Source: Patescibacteria group bacterium
Lineage (GTDB): Bacteria; Patescibacteriota; Minisyncoccia; Portnoybacterales; UBA2143
DNA length: 64,000 nucleotides
Assembly (NCBI GenBank): GCA_018820085.1
Contig: JAHJOV010000010.1
Span: forward strand, 12,179 to 76,178
Reading direction: 5' to 3'
Positions within the stretch are counted from its first letter, which is position 1. Each line of letters starts with the position of its first letter. A program made the position numbers and the translations under genes. The notes beneath the pieces were generated by a model, which saw only the letters and a list, made by a program, of their open reading frames with translations, was not told where the DNA came from and did no database searches. This document shows, piece after piece, positions 44,657 through 54,455 of the stretch.

Positions 44657-45496
44657 ATGAAAAGATATAAACCAACTTCATCAGGTAGACGAGGAATGAC
44701 TTCAGTAGATTTTTCTTCAATTACTACACAAAAGCCAGCTAAAAAGTTAACTAAGAAGTTACTTCAAAAAGCTGGTCGTGGTTTTCGTGGCCGAATTACA
44801 GTCAGACACAAAGGTGGCGGTCATAAAAGGAAATATCGAATAATTGATTTTAAAAGACACGATAAATTAGATATTTCAGCTACAGTTGTTTCCATTGAAT
44901 ATGATCCTAATCGGACTTGCTTTATTGCCTTACTTAACTATAATGATGGAGAGAAAAGATATATCTTAGCCCCAGTGGGTTTAAGGGTTGATCAGAAAGT
45001 AATTTGTCAGGAAAAAGCTCCATTAAAAATTGGTAATCGGATGGAATTAAAGAATATTTTAATTGGGACTCAAGTATATAATATTGAGCTTCAACCTTTA
45101 AGGGGTGGTCAGTTGATTCGTTCAGCTGGTGGCACAGCTACAGTTATGGCTCATGATAGTGGTTATGCCCAATTAAAACTTTCTTCTAATGAAATTAGAA
45201 TGGTTAGAGATAACTGTATGGCTAGTATTGGTCAGTTGAGTAATATAGAACACGGCGCTGTTGTTATTGGCAAGGCTGGTCGAAGTCGATGGATGGGTAA
45301 ACGACCAACTGTTCGTGGTTCAGCTATGAATGCTTGTGATCATCCTCATGGTGGTGGAGAAAATAGACAGTCGATTGGTTTAAGAAGGGGTCCAAAAACA
45401 CCTTGGGGTAAATTAGCTTATGGAGTTAAGACTAGAAAAAAGAAAGCTAGTGATAAATTAATTTTAAAAAAGAGAAGTAGAAAGAAAAAACGATAA
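44657..45496 (+). CDS. rplB: 50S ribosomal protein L2
   Basis: GRRGMTSVDF..., HKGGGHKR, and DHPHGGGENRQS motifs. Confidence 0.95.
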   Translation: MKRYKPTSSGRRGMTSVDFSSITTQKPAKKLTKKLLQKAGRGFRGRITVRHKGGGHKRKYRIIDFKRHDKLDISATVVSIEYDPNRTCFIALLNYNDGEKRYILAPVGLRVDQKVICQEKAPLKIGNRMELKNILIGTQVYNIELQPLRGGQLIRSAGGTATVMAHDSGYAQLKLSSNEIRMVRDNCMASIGQLSNIEHGAVVIGKAGRSRWMGKRPTVRGSAMNACDHPHGGGENRQSIGLRRGPKTPWGKLAYGVKTRKKKASDKLILKKRSRKKKR

Positions 45497-45505
45497 TATA
45501 TTAAT

Positions 45506-45805
45506 ATGAGTAGATCACTTAAAAAAGGTCCATATATGGATGCCAAGTTAATGAAGAAGGTTGCTAAGTTAAAATCGGGCGATAAAGATGCGATTAAAAC
45601 TTGGGCTAGGGCTAGTACCATTTCTCCAGAAATGGTTGGTTTTACTTTTGGAGTTCATAACGGAAAAGACCATATTTCAGTTTTTGTAACTGAAGATATG
45701 GTTGGTCATAAGCTAGGTGAATTTTCTTTAACCCGAAAGTTTATTAAACATGGTGGTAAAATACAGAAAGAACAAGAAGTATCTGCTAAACAGAAGGATA
45801 ATTAA
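45506..45805 (+). CDS. rpsS: 30S ribosomal protein S19
   Basis: [15 protein letters not shown]... [29 protein letters not shown]. Confidence 0.9.
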   Translation: MSRSLKKGPYMDAKLMKKVAKLKSGDKDAIKTWARASTISPEMVGFTFGVHNGKDHISVFVTEDMVGHKLGEFSLTRKFIKHGGKIQKEQEVSAKQKDN

Positions 45806-45810
45806 TAACT

Positions 45811-46398
45811 ATGATTACCGCTAAATTAAGACATTTAAGAATATCTTCTCGTAAAGTTAGGTTAGTAGTTGATTTAGTTAGAGGTTTGAATGTGATAGAA
45901 GCAGAAAAACAGCTTAAGTTTTTACCTAAGCGAGCAGCTGAACCAGTTTTAAAACTTTTAAATTCAGCTGTAGCTAATGCTCTTAATAATTTTAAAGCTC
46001 TTAAAGAGAATCTTTTTATTGCTAAGATTATGGTTGATCCAGGGCCTACTTTAAAACGGTGGATGCCTCGGGCTATGGGTCGAGCCACTCCATTAAGAAA
46101 AAGAACTAGTCATATAACAATAGTTTTAGAATCTAAAGAGCCATTACCAGTTAAAAAGGAGATTGAGAAAAAAGAAGTTAAACCAGTTAAAAAAGAAGAC
46201 CTTAAGAAAGATAAGAGTGACTTATTAGAAGAAGTCACTCAGCCGATTGACCAGCCGATTGAAGAAAAAGAAGAAGTTAAACTTAAATCACCAGCTCCAG
46301 ACAAACCATATCAGACTACCTCTCAATCAAAGAAAAAGTTTTTTAGTCGACAAACTTTTGGCAATGTTCAAAAGCGATTTAGAAGGAAAGTAATATAA
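45811..46398 (+). CDS. rplV: 50S ribosomal protein L22 with Lys/Glu-rich C-terminal extension
   Basis: L22 core ([53 protein letters not shown]), then about 80 aa of low-complexity tail. Confidence 0.85.
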   Translation: MITAKLRHLRISSRKVRLVVDLVRGLNVIEAEKQLKFLPKRAAEPVLKLLNSAVANALNNFKALKENLFIAKIMVDPGPTLKRWMPRAMGRATPLRKRTSHITIVLESKEPLPVKKEIEKKEVKPVKKEDLKKDKSDLLEEVTQPIDQPIEEKEEVKLKSPAPDKPYQTTSQSKKKFFSRQTFGNVQKRFRRKVI

Positions 46399-46400
46399 TT

Positions 46401-47066
46401 ATGGGAAGAAAAGTCCATCCATTTATCTTTCGAATAGGCACAGTCAATACTTGGAAATCACGTTGGTTTAATCAAAAGAGATATAAGAATTTATTAGAGC
46501 AAGATATAAAATTGCGTAATTTTGTGGCGAAAAAATTAATCAAAGCTAGTATTAATTCAATAGAAATAGAACGTTCAGCTAATTTGGTTAATATTATTAT
46601 TTTTACAGCTAAGCCAGGTTTAGTTATTGGTCGCGGAGGAAGTGGTGTTGAAGATCTCAAACAGGAACTTAGAAAGATTATTCATCAGATTGATCCAGAA
46701 TCAGCTAAGACAGATATTCGTTTAGAAGTAGAAGAAATAAGACAACCAAATAGTAAAGCAGCTATTGTTGCTCAAGATATGGCTATGCAGATAGAGAAGA
46801 GAATGCCTTATCGTCGGGTTATAAAACAAACTTTAGATAAGATTATGCAGAATCATGAAGTTCAAGGAGCTAAAATTATGATAAATGGGCGTCTCAATGG
46901 AGCTGAAATTGCTCGAAAAGAATGGTTAAAGAAGGGAAGAATCTCTCTTCAGACATTAAGAGCTAATATTGACTATGCTAATGCAACTGCTTACACTACT
47001 TACGGAACAATTGGTGTCAAAGTTTGGATTTGTAAAGGAGAAGTTTTTGATAAAGATAAGAAATAA
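46401..47066 (+). CDS. rpsC: 30S ribosomal protein S3
   Basis: [23 protein letters not shown]... and KH-domain pattern. Confidence 0.9.
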   Translation: MGRKVHPFIFRIGTVNTWKSRWFNQKRYKNLLEQDIKLRNFVAKKLIKASINSIEIERSANLVNIIIFTAKPGLVIGRGGSGVEDLKQELRKIIHQIDPESAKTDIRLEVEEIRQPNSKAAIVAQDMAMQIEKRMPYRRVIKQTLDKIMQNHEVQGAKIMINGRLNGAEIARKEWLKKGRISLQTLRANIDYANATAYTTYGTIGVKVWICKGEVFDKDKK

Positions 47067-47068
47067 TT

Positions 47069-47482
47069 ATGTTAACACCTAAGAAAGTAAAACATAGAAA
47101 ATGGCAAAAAGGACGCCGAAGAGGTAAGGGTAAAGAAACTCGCGGAACAGAGATGGCTTTTGGTTCTTTTGGTTTAAAATCAATCGAAGCTTATTGGTTA
47201 ACCTCTCGACAGATAGAAGCAGCTAGACGAGCTATGACTCGTCATATTCAGCGGGGTGGGAAGATTTGGATTAGAGTTTTTCCAGATAAGCCAATAACCA
47301 AGAAAGGTATTGAAGTACCTATGGGTGGAGGAAAAGGAAGCGTTGATCATTATGTTATGCCAATTAAACCAGGTCGAATTATTTTTGAAATGGATGGAGT
47401 GACAGAAGAATTAGCTAAAGAAGCAATGGCCAAAGCTAGTCATAAGTTACCAGTTAAAACCAAGTTTATTACCAGAAACTAA
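47069..47482 (+). CDS. rplP: 50S ribosomal protein L16
   Basis: [21 protein letters not shown]... and [18 protein letters not shown]. Confidence 0.9.
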   Translation: MLTPKKVKHRKWQKGRRRGKGKETRGTEMAFGSFGLKSIEAYWLTSRQIEAARRAMTRHIQRGGKIWIRVFPDKPITKKGIEVPMGGGKGSVDHYVMPIKPGRIIFEMDGVTEELAKEAMAKASHKLPVKTKFITRN

Positions 47483-47483
47483 C

Positions 47484-47687
47484 ATGAAAGCAAAAGAATT
47501 AAGACAGAAAACAGAAAAAGAGTTAAAAGATTCATTAATTCAAGATTGTTTGAAACTTGGTCAGTTTAAATTTGATTTGGCTTCTAAAAAACTCAAAAAT
47601 GTTAGAGAAGTTAGAGATTTACGTCGAGAAATTGCTAGGATTTTAACTATATTAAACAAAAAAGATGTTATTAAAAAAGAAAACTAA
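47484..47687 (+). CDS. rpmC: 50S ribosomal protein L29
   Basis: MKAKELRQKTEKELKD... L29-like helix. Position. Confidence 0.75.
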   Translation: MKAKELRQKTEKELKDSLIQDCLKLGQFKFDLASKKLKNVREVRDLRREIARILTILNKKDVIKKEN

Positions 47688-47976
47688 AAAAATTAAAGAA
47701 GAAACTAAAGTTAAAGAGCCTATTAAAAAAGGACGCTCGCTTAAGGGTATTATTGTTAGTGATAAAATGGATAAAACCATAGTTGTTTTGGTTAATCGTT
47801 ATAAAGAACATCCCAAGTATAAGAAAAGATATAGAGTCAGTAAGAAATATAAGGCTCATGACGAGAATAATAAGTACAAAATAGGCGATAAGGTCGTTAT
47901 TTATGAAAGTAAACCTATAAGTAAAGATAAAAAATGGAGGGTAGTAGGTTTGGTTAAAAATTCTAAAAAAATATGA
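47665..47976 (+). CDS. rpsQ: 30S ribosomal protein S17
   Basis: [40 protein letters not shown] is typical of S17. Start may be downstream of 47665. Confidence 0.85.
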   Translation: MLLKKKTKKIKEETKVKEPIKKGRSLKGIIVSDKMDKTIVVLVNRYKEHPKYKKRYRVSKKYKAHDENNKYKIGDKVVIYESKPISKDKKWRVVGLVKNSKKI

Positions 47977-48338
47977 TTCAAGCAGGAACCAAATTAAAAG
48001 TAGCTGATAATACTGGCGCAAAAATCATCGAGTGTTTTAAGGTTTTAGGTGGCAGCCGTCGACGCTATGCTCAGATTGGTGATGTTATTGTTGCTTCAGT
48101 TAAAGTAGCTGAACCAAGAAAGTTAGTTAAGAAAAAAGATGTTGTCCGAGCAGTCATAGTTCGCCAAAGAAAGGAATTTCGCCGAGCTGATGGTTCATAT
48201 ATCCGTTTTGATGAGAACGCAGCTGTTATTGTTGATGGATTTAATCCTAAAGGTGGTCGTATTTTCGGACCAGTTCCTCGAGAATTAAAAGACAAAGGAT
48301 TCGATAAGATAGTTTCATTAGCCCCTGAAGTTTTATAA
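47973..48338 (+). CDS. rplN: 50S ribosomal protein L14
   Basis: [17 protein letters not shown]... L14. Confidence 0.9.
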   Translation: MIQAGTKLKVADNTGAKIIECFKVLGGSRRRYAQIGDVIVASVKVAEPRKLVKKKDVVRAVIVRQRKEFRRADGSYIRFDENAAVIVDGFNPKGGRIFGPVPRELKDKGFDKIVSLAPEVL

Positions 48339-48342
48339 AAGT

Positions 48343-48648
48343 ATGAAGATTAAAAAGAATGATACAGTATTAATAATTAGCGGTAAAGACAAAGGTAAAA
48401 AAGCTAAAGTTTTAGAGTCTTTTCCTAAACAAGGCAAGATTAGCGTTGAAGGTGTTAATATTGTTAAAAAACATCGTCGGCCTAAGACAGAAAAAGAAAA
48501 AGGACAGGTAATTGAAGTTATTAAACCAATTAGTGTTTCGAATGTTAAGTTAATATGTCCTAAATGTAACACAGCCAGCAGAGTTGGTTATCGATTGACC
48601 GAAAAAGGGAAATATCGCATTTGTAAAAAATGCCAACAGGAAATTTAA
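48343..48648 (+). CDS. rplX: 50S ribosomal protein L24 (with C-terminal zinc-ribbon-like CPKC...CKKC)
   Basis: KIKKNDTVLIISGKDKGKKAKV KOW motif. Cys4 C-terminal extension. Confidence 0.85.
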   Translation: MKIKKNDTVLIISGKDKGKKAKVLESFPKQGKISVEGVNIVKKHRRPKTEKEKGQVIEVIKPISVSNVKLICPKCNTASRVGYRLTEKGKYRICKKCQQEI

Positions 48649-48650
48649 TC

Positions 48651-49202
48651 ATGAAATTACTAAAAGAAAAATACATAAAAGAAGTTTTGCCAGCTTTGAA
48701 AGAGAAGTTGGGATATAAAAACAATTTGGCTGTACCTAGAATTACTAAGGTGGTTGTTAATAGTGGGTTTAATCCATCAACTGGGGGAGATAATATCCAA
48801 GAGACATTAGCTCACGATCTATCTTTAATGACTGGTCAGAAGCCAATGCCTTGCCAAGTTAAGAAGCCAGAAGCTGGTTTTAAAACTAGAAAAGGAATGG
48901 TCAACGGATTAAAAGTTACTTTAAGAGGACATCGAATGTATGACTTTTTGAATCGTTTGGTTCATATTTCTTTACCTCGAGGTCGTGATTTTCGTGGTTT
49001 ACCAGAAAGCACTGTTGATCAATTAGGTAATTTAAATATTGGAATTAAAGAACATATAATCTTTCCAGAAATATTATCTGAGCATGTTAAAAAGATTTTT
49101 GGTTTTCAAGTTACAGTTGTTAGTACAGCTAAAAATCGTAAAGAAGGAGAAATGCTATTTAGATTATTAGGATTCCCAATTAAACTTAAGGAGAAGAAAT
49201 AA
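48651..49202 (+). CDS. rplE: 50S ribosomal protein L5
   Basis: [37 protein letters not shown]. True start is the ATG at 48651, downstream of the ORF-track start. Confidence 0.9.
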   Translation: MKLLKEKYIKEVLPALKEKLGYKNNLAVPRITKVVVNSGFNPSTGGDNIQETLAHDLSLMTGQKPMPCQVKKPEAGFKTRKGMVNGLKVTLRGHRMYDFLNRLVHISLPRGRDFRGLPESTVDQLGNLNIGIKEHIIFPEILSEHVKKIFGFQVTVVSTAKNRKEGEMLFRLLGFPIKLKEKK

Positions 49203-49203
49203 T

Positions 49204-49389
49204 ATGGCTAAAAAATCGGTTATTGCTAGAGCGAAGAAAAAACCAAAATTTTCTACCCGAGAAATCCGGCGTTGTTTTCGCTGTGGTCGTAAAAGAGCTT
49301 ATTTAAGGAAATTCAATTTGTGTCGAATTTGTTTTAGAGAATTAGCTAACAAGGGAGAGATCCCTGGAATTAAAAAATCATCATGGTAA
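49204..49389 (+). CDS. rpsZ: 30S ribosomal protein S14 type Z (zinc-binding)
   Basis: 61 aa, [23 protein letters not shown]. Confidence 0.85.
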   Translation: MAKKSVIARAKKKPKFSTREIRRCFRCGRKRAYLRKFNLCRICFRELANKGEIPGIKKSSW

Positions 49390-49775
49390 ACGATCCAATT
49401 GCTGATATGTTAACTAGAATAAGGAATGCTCAAGCCGTTAATCATAAAACGGTAGTTATACCTTTTTCTAAACTTAAATTAAATCTAGCTGAAATTTTAA
49501 TTAAAGAGGGTTTGATTAAAAAAGTAACTCCTCAAGGAAGAAAAACTAGGAAGGTTATTGAAATTGAGTTAAAATATCAAAAAGGTCAACCAATAATTAA
49601 TGTCTTAAGAAGAATCAGTAAACCAGGTCGACGTCTCTATATCAAAAAGAGTCAGATTCGGTCGATTAGACAAGGTTTTGGTCTATCTATTATTTCTACC
49701 CATCAAGGTTTAATGACTAATTCCGAAGCTAAGAAAAAAGGTTTGGGTGGAGAAATAATGTGTGAAATTTGGTAA
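49383..49775 (+). CDS. rpsH: 30S ribosomal protein S8
   Basis: [17 protein letters not shown]... Confidence 0.9.
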   Translation: MVNDPIADMLTRIRNAQAVNHKTVVIPFSKLKLNLAEILIKEGLIKKVTPQGRKTRKVIEIELKYQKGQPIINVLRRISKPGRRLYIKKSQIRSIRQGFGLSIISTHQGLMTNSEAKKKGLGGEIMCEIW

Positions 49776-49779
49776 AAAT

Positions 49780-50322
49780 ATGTCAAGAATAGGAAAACAA
49801 CCAATTGAAATTCCAGAAGGAGTTGAAATCAAGATTGATCAAGGAGAAATCAAAGTTAAAGGTCCCAAAGGGGAACTAGTTCAGGATATCCCGAGAGAGA
49901 TTGAAATAGTTGTTGAAGAAAAAAAAATAATAGTCAAACTTAAGAAAAAAACCACTAATGCTCCTGCTTTGTGGGGTCTTTTGAGATCATTAATTTTTAA
50001 TATGATTGAAGGAGTAACTCAAGGGTTTGAGAAACAATTAGAAATTGAAGGAGTTGGTTATCGAGTTGCTTTGGAAGACAATAAGTTAATTTTGAGTCTT
50101 GGTTATTCTCACCCAGTTAATGTAGAAGCACCTGATGGAATTGAATTTAAAGTTGATAAAAACTTAATCACTATTTCAGGAATTGATAAACAGTTAGTGG
50201 GTCAAGTAGCAGCTTATATTAGAGCGAAGAAAAAACCAGAGCCATACAAAGGTAAAGGAATTCATTATTTTGGCGAAGTAATTAGAAGAAAGGCCGGTAA
50301 AAAGACTACTGGAACTGAATAA
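49780..50322 (+). CDS. rplF: 50S ribosomal protein L6
   Basis: [23 protein letters not shown] at 49780 just after the rpsH stop; the ORF track uses an upstream GTG. Confidence 0.9.
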   Translation: MSRIGKQPIEIPEGVEIKIDQGEIKVKGPKGELVQDIPREIEIVVEEKKIIVKLKKKTTNAPALWGLLRSLIFNMIEGVTQGFEKQLEIEGVGYRVALEDNKLILSLGYSHPVNVEAPDGIEFKVDKNLITISGIDKQLVGQVAAYIRAKKKPEPYKGKGIHYFGEVIRRKAGKKTTGTE

Positions 50323-50675
50323 TGTTAATTAAACAACAAAAAAAACAAAGAAGACAAAAGCGAATTAGAGCTAAAGTAATCGGGACTAAAGAGTGTCCGC
50401 GTCTTTCTGTTTTTAGAAGTAATCAACATATTTATGTTCAGTTGATTGATGATCAAAAAGGTCAAACTTTAGTTAGTTCGAATGATTTAAAAATTAAAAC
50501 TATCAAAGGCAAGGGAAGTAAGATAGAGATAGCTACTGAAATTGGTAAACAAATTGCTGAAAAAGCTTTAGAGAAAAAAATAAATAAATTAGTCTTTGAT
50601 AGATCTGGATATAAATATCATGGTCGGGTTAAAGCTGTGGCTGAAGCAGCTCGTCAAGCAGGACTTAAATTTTAA
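50322..50675 (+). CDS. rplR: 50S ribosomal protein L18
   Basis: [28 protein letters not shown] is typical of L18. Confidence 0.85.
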   Translation: MLIKQQKKQRRQKRIRAKVIGTKECPRLSVFRSNQHIYVQLIDDQKGQTLVSSNDLKIKTIKGKGSKIEIATEIGKQIAEKALEKKINKLVFDRSGYKYHGRVKAVAEAARQAGLKF

Positions 50676-50677
50676 TT

Positions 50678-51160
50678 ATGGATAATAAAAATTTTCAACA
50701 AAAGAATAATAGAGAGCCAGAACGAGAAAAAGAGTATGATCAGAAATTATTAGATGTTGCTCGAGTTGTTCGAGTTATGGCTGGAGGCCGTCGATTTAGA
50801 TTTAGAGTAACCATAGTTATCGGTAACAAAAATGGCAAGGTTGGTGTTGGGGTAGCTAAAGGATCTGATGTTAGTATTGCTGTTGAAAAAGCAGTTAGTG
50901 ATGCTAAAAAGCATTTAATTAAGGTCAAAATTGTTAATGGAACTATTCCTCATCAAGTAGAAGCTAAGTTTGGTACAGCTAGGGTTTTGCTTAAACCAGG
51001 CGCTAAAGGTAGAGGTATTGTTGCTGGGGGAGCGGTTCGAGCTGTTTGTTATCTGGCTGGAATTGAAAACCTTTCTGGAAAGATTTTAGGTAAAACCAAG
51101 AATAAACTTAATAATGCACGCGCTACAATTAAAGCATTACAGGATTTGAAGAGTCGATAA
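50678..51160 (+). CDS. rpsE: 30S ribosomal protein S5
   Basis: VVRVMAGGRRFRFRVTIVIGNKNGKVGVGVAKG S5 core. Confidence 0.9.
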   Translation: MDNKNFQQKNNREPEREKEYDQKLLDVARVVRVMAGGRRFRFRVTIVIGNKNGKVGVGVAKGSDVSIAVEKAVSDAKKHLIKVKIVNGTIPHQVEAKFGTARVLLKPGAKGRGIVAGGAVRAVCYLAGIENLSGKILGKTKNKLNNARATIKALQDLKSR

Positions 51161-51163
51161 TTC

Positions 51164-51226
51164 GAGGTCCGACCTCATTTTGTCCGAACCTTTACTGAAG
51201 GTTCGGCAAAATGAGGTCGGACCTCT
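51164..51226. repeat. Family-2 REP/MITE-like element sitting where rpmD (L30) would normally be
   Basis: gaggtccgacctcattttgtccgaacctttactgaaggttcggcaaaatgaggtcggacctct. Confidence 0.85.
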
Positions 51227-51237
51227 AAACCAGATTT

Positions 51238-51699
51238 ATGCAGTTACATCAATTAAAACTTAAGCATCCTAAGAAATTACGTAAACGAGTCGGTCGTGGA
51301 GGTAAAAGTGGTACTTATTCAGGTAAAGGGATGAAAGGGCAAAAATCTCGGGCTGGTAAAAAGCCTCGGGTTGATTTTGCTGGTGGCGATACATCAATGA
51401 CTAAAAGAATACCTAAACAAAGAGGAACTACTGGTCGGCATAAAGAGACTAAAGTTAAAAGAGGAGTTAAATCATCAATTCTTACAGCTCAGTCAATTAC
51501 TATTGATTTGAAAGACATTGAAAAGAAGTTTAAAGAAGGAGAAGTTGTTTCTCCAAAGAGTTTGTTAGAAAAGGGTTTAATTGGTAGAATAAGAAAGAGT
51601 ATTCCTAAAAAGATTAAAATTATTGGAGGCAGTAAATTTACAAAAGGTTTAAAGTTTAAAGGGGTTCGATTAACTAAAAAACTTCAAGGAAAAGATTAA
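51238..51699 (+). CDS. rplO: 50S ribosomal protein L15
   Basis: KRVGRGGKSGTYSGKGMKGQKSRAGK... is typical of L15. Confidence 0.85.
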   Translation: MQLHQLKLKHPKKLRKRVGRGGKSGTYSGKGMKGQKSRAGKKPRVDFAGGDTSMTKRIPKQRGTTGRHKETKVKRGVKSSILTAQSITIDLKDIEKKFKEGEVVSPKSLLEKGLIGRIRKSIPKKIKIIGGSKFTKGLKFKGVRLTKKLQGKD

Positions 51700-51700
51700 T

Positions 51701-52984
51701 ATGAAATGGTTAGAAAAAGTTATTCAAATTTTTAAGATTAAAGATCTCCGCAAGAAGATATTCTTTGTTTTGATGATTTTAGTTATTTTTAGAATTGCAG
51801 CTAATATTCCTGTACCAGGAATTGATACTGAACGTTTAAGTCAGTTCTTTGGCAGTAATCAATTATTTGGTTTACTTAATATTTTCACTGGCGGAGCTAT
51901 GAGTAATTTGTCAATTATTATGCTTGGCTTAGGTCCATATATTACTGGAACAATTATTATGCAGCTTTTAACTATGATTTTTCCTCAATTAGAAGCGTTG
52001 TACAAGGAAGAAGGAGAGAAAGGAAAGAAAAAGTTTAATCAATATGGACGAATTTTAACCGTTCCTTTAGCTGTTCTTCAAGGTTACGCTATGTTAACTC
52101 TTTTAAGTCGACAGGGGGTTATTGATTCTTTGTCTAGCTTTCAATGGTTTGCTTCTATTACGATTGTTACAGCCGGTTCCATATTTTTGATGTGGTTGGG
52201 TGAAATGATATCTGAAAAAGGAATTGGTAATGGAGTTTCTTTATTAATTTTTGGCGGTATTGTTTCTAGCGTTCCACTTTCTATTAGAGAATTAGCTGTT
52301 ACTTATACTCCAGCTCAGATTCCATCTTATATTGCCTTCTTAATTCTAGCTTTAGTTATTACAGCTAGTGTTGTTGTTATTACTGAAGGTCGGCGTAATG
52401 TTCCTGTTTCTTATGCTAAAAGAATTCGTGGTAATAGGGTTTATGGCGGTGTCTCTACATATTTGCCTTTAAGTGTTAATCCGGCTGGAGTTATTCCAAT
52501 TATTTTTGCTTTATCAATTATGCTTTTCCCAGGAATGGCTGCTAACTTTTTAGGTACTTCAAGTATTGGTTGGTTAGCTAGTATTGCTCAGATGGTTGGT
52601 CGTCTTTTTATAAATCCTTGGTTTTATGGATCTGCCTATTTTCTTTTAGTTATCTTATTCACATATTTCTATACAGCTGTTACTTTTGATCCTAAAAATA
52701 TAGCTACTAATTTACAGAAGAGTGGAGGATTTATTCCGGGTATTCGTCCAGGGACTCCAACCTCTGATTTTCTATATTTTATTCTTAATCGGGTTTTGCT
52801 TTTTGGCGCTATCTTTTTAGGAACGATAGCTGTTTTACCTTCTATTATTCAAGGAGCAACTGGGATCACTGCTTTTGGCTTTGCTATTGGTGGGACGGCT
52901 CTTTTAATTGTTGTTTCTGTTGTTTTAGAAACTATGCGACAAATTAACTCTCAATTAACAATGAGAGATTACGAAGGATTCTAA
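51701..52984 (+). CDS. secY: Preprotein translocase subunit SecY
   Basis: 10-TM protein in the canonical position after rplO. SecY-like conserved loops. Confidence 0.9.
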   Translation: MKWLEKVIQIFKIKDLRKKIFFVLMILVIFRIAANIPVPGIDTERLSQFFGSNQLFGLLNIFTGGAMSNLSIIMLGLGPYITGTIIMQLLTMIFPQLEALYKEEGEKGKKKFNQYGRILTVPLAVLQGYAMLTLLSRQGVIDSLSSFQWFASITIVTAGSIFLMWLGEMISEKGIGNGVSLLIFGGIVSSVPLSIRELAVTYTPAQIPSYIAFLILALVITASVVVITEGRRNVPVSYAKRIRGNRVYGGVSTYLPLSVNPAGVIPIIFALSIMLFPGMAANFLGTSSIGWLASIAQMVGRLFINPWFYGSAYFLLVILFTYFYTAVTFDPKNIATNLQKSGGFIPGIRPGTPTSDFLYFILNRVLLFGAIFLGTIAVLPSIIQGATGITAFGFAIGGTALLIVVSVVLETMRQINSQLTMRDYEGF

Positions 52985-52985
52985 C

Positions 52986-53555
52986 ATGTCAAAATCACAA
53001 ATAGTTATTCTTTTTGGCCGTTCTGGTTGTGGTAAAGGGACTCAAGCTAATCTTTTAATTAAAAACTTTGGTTTTGAATATTTAGGGAGTGGCGCCTTAT
53101 TAAGAGAAAGAATTACTCAAGAAGATTTTACTGGGAAAAAATTAAAAGAAGTTCTAGATCAAGGAGAATTAGTTCCAACTCCAATAATGTTTAGGGTTTG
53201 GGCAGAGAAAGTAGAGGAAATGAGAGAGAAAATAAACAAAAATGGCCTCATTATTGATGGTAGTCCCCGGGCTCTTTTAGAAGCAGAGTTAATGGATCAT
53301 GTGTTTAAGTGGTATGGCTGGAAAGATATTAAAGTAATTTTACTTGATATTCCTGAACAAGAGGCTTTTGATCGATTAATTAAGCGTCATCGAAACGATG
53401 ATAAGCCCGAGGCGATTGAAGAACGTTTGGCTTATTTCAAAAAAGATGTTCAGCCAGCTATTAACTATTACAAGAAGCAGGGCCGGCTAATTAAGGTTGA
53501 TGGTTATAAATCAATTAAAGATGTTTATGATGAGATTAAAAAAACAATTCAATGA
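52986..53555 (+). CDS. adk: Adenylate kinase
   Basis: P-loop GRSGCGKGTQA and LID/NMP-binding pattern. Confidence 0.85.
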   Translation: MSKSQIVILFGRSGCGKGTQANLLIKNFGFEYLGSGALLRERITQEDFTGKKLKEVLDQGELVPTPIMFRVWAEKVEEMREKINKNGLIIDGSPRALLEAELMDHVFKWYGWKDIKVILLDIPEQEAFDRLIKRHRNDDKPEAIEERLAYFKKDVQPAINYYKKQGRLIKVDGYKSIKDVYDEIKKTIQ

Positions 53556-54295
53556 TTTCTATAAAGACTTTAGAAGAAATTGAAATAATGGCTCAAGGTG
53601 GTCAGATTCTAGCTAAGATTATGAGAGAATTGAAAGATAAAGTTAGTCCGGGTTTGACTACCCAAGAACTAGATAGGCTCGCTTCCGAGCTTATTTTAAA
53701 TTATGGCGCTGAATCAGCTTTCAAGAATTATCGTAGTTTTCCGGCTGCTTTATGTACTTCAGTAAATGAACAGATTGTTCATGGAGTTCCTTCTGATAGG
53801 CGATTATTAGATGGAGATATCTTAAGCTTAGATTTAGGTATTGTTTATAATGGATTTAATAGTGATATGGCTGTGACTGTTCCTGTAGGTACAGTTGATC
53901 CAGAGATTGGTCGTTTAATTAGAGTAACTAAAAAATCCCTTAAAAGGGCTATCGCTCGAACTAAATCAGGGAAAACTATTGGCGATATTGGTCATGCTAT
54001 TCAGGGATATGTTGAGAATCAGGATTTTCATGTTGTTCGTGATCTTTGTGGTCATGGAATTGGCAAACAACTTCACGAAAAGCCAGATATCCCTAATTTT
54101 GGTCAGCGTCATAAGGGAGAGTTGCTAAAACTAGGTATGGTTTTAGCTATTGAGCCAATGGTTGTCATTGGTCAGCCGAAAATAAAAAAAGGCCCTGATG
54201 GCTTTGTTTATCAAACAGCGGATGGAAGCATTTCAGCTCACTTTGAGCATACTGTCGCCGTAACCGCAAAGGGACCAAGAGTGCTGACAGAGTGA
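53552..54295 (+). CDS. map: Methionine aminopeptidase type I
   Basis: Pita-bread fold motifs (HGVPSDRRLLDGDILSLDLG, HGIGKQLHE, AIEPM). Confidence 0.9.
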   Translation: MISIKTLEEIEIMAQGGQILAKIMRELKDKVSPGLTTQELDRLASELILNYGAESAFKNYRSFPAALCTSVNEQIVHGVPSDRRLLDGDILSLDLGIVYNGFNSDMAVTVPVGTVDPEIGRLIRVTKKSLKRAIARTKSGKTIGDIGHAIQGYVENQDFHVVRDLCGHGIGKQLHEKPDIPNFGQRHKGELLKLGMVLAIEPMVVIGQPKIKKGPDGFVYQTADGSISAHFEHTVAVTAKGPRVLTE

Positions 54296-54302
54296 TCTAG
54301 TA

Positions 54303-54446
54303 AGGTCCGACCTCAAAAAGTAGGAACCTTTTACTAAAGGTTCCGCTTTTTAGGTCTGACCTTAATTCTGAAGTCACGCAACCCGAGGTCGGACCTTATT
54401 TTGCCGGACCTCTGCTGAGGTACGGACAAAATAATGTACGACCTCT
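54303..54446. repeat. Two tandem family-2 elements (54303-54364 and 54386-54446) between convergent map and thrS
   Basis: aaggtccgacctcaaaaagtaggaacc...ggttccgctttttaggtctgacctt, and gaggtcggaccttattttgccggacctctgctgaggtacggacaaaataatgtacgacctct. Confidence 0.85.
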
Positions 54447-54455
54447 AGACTGTCA

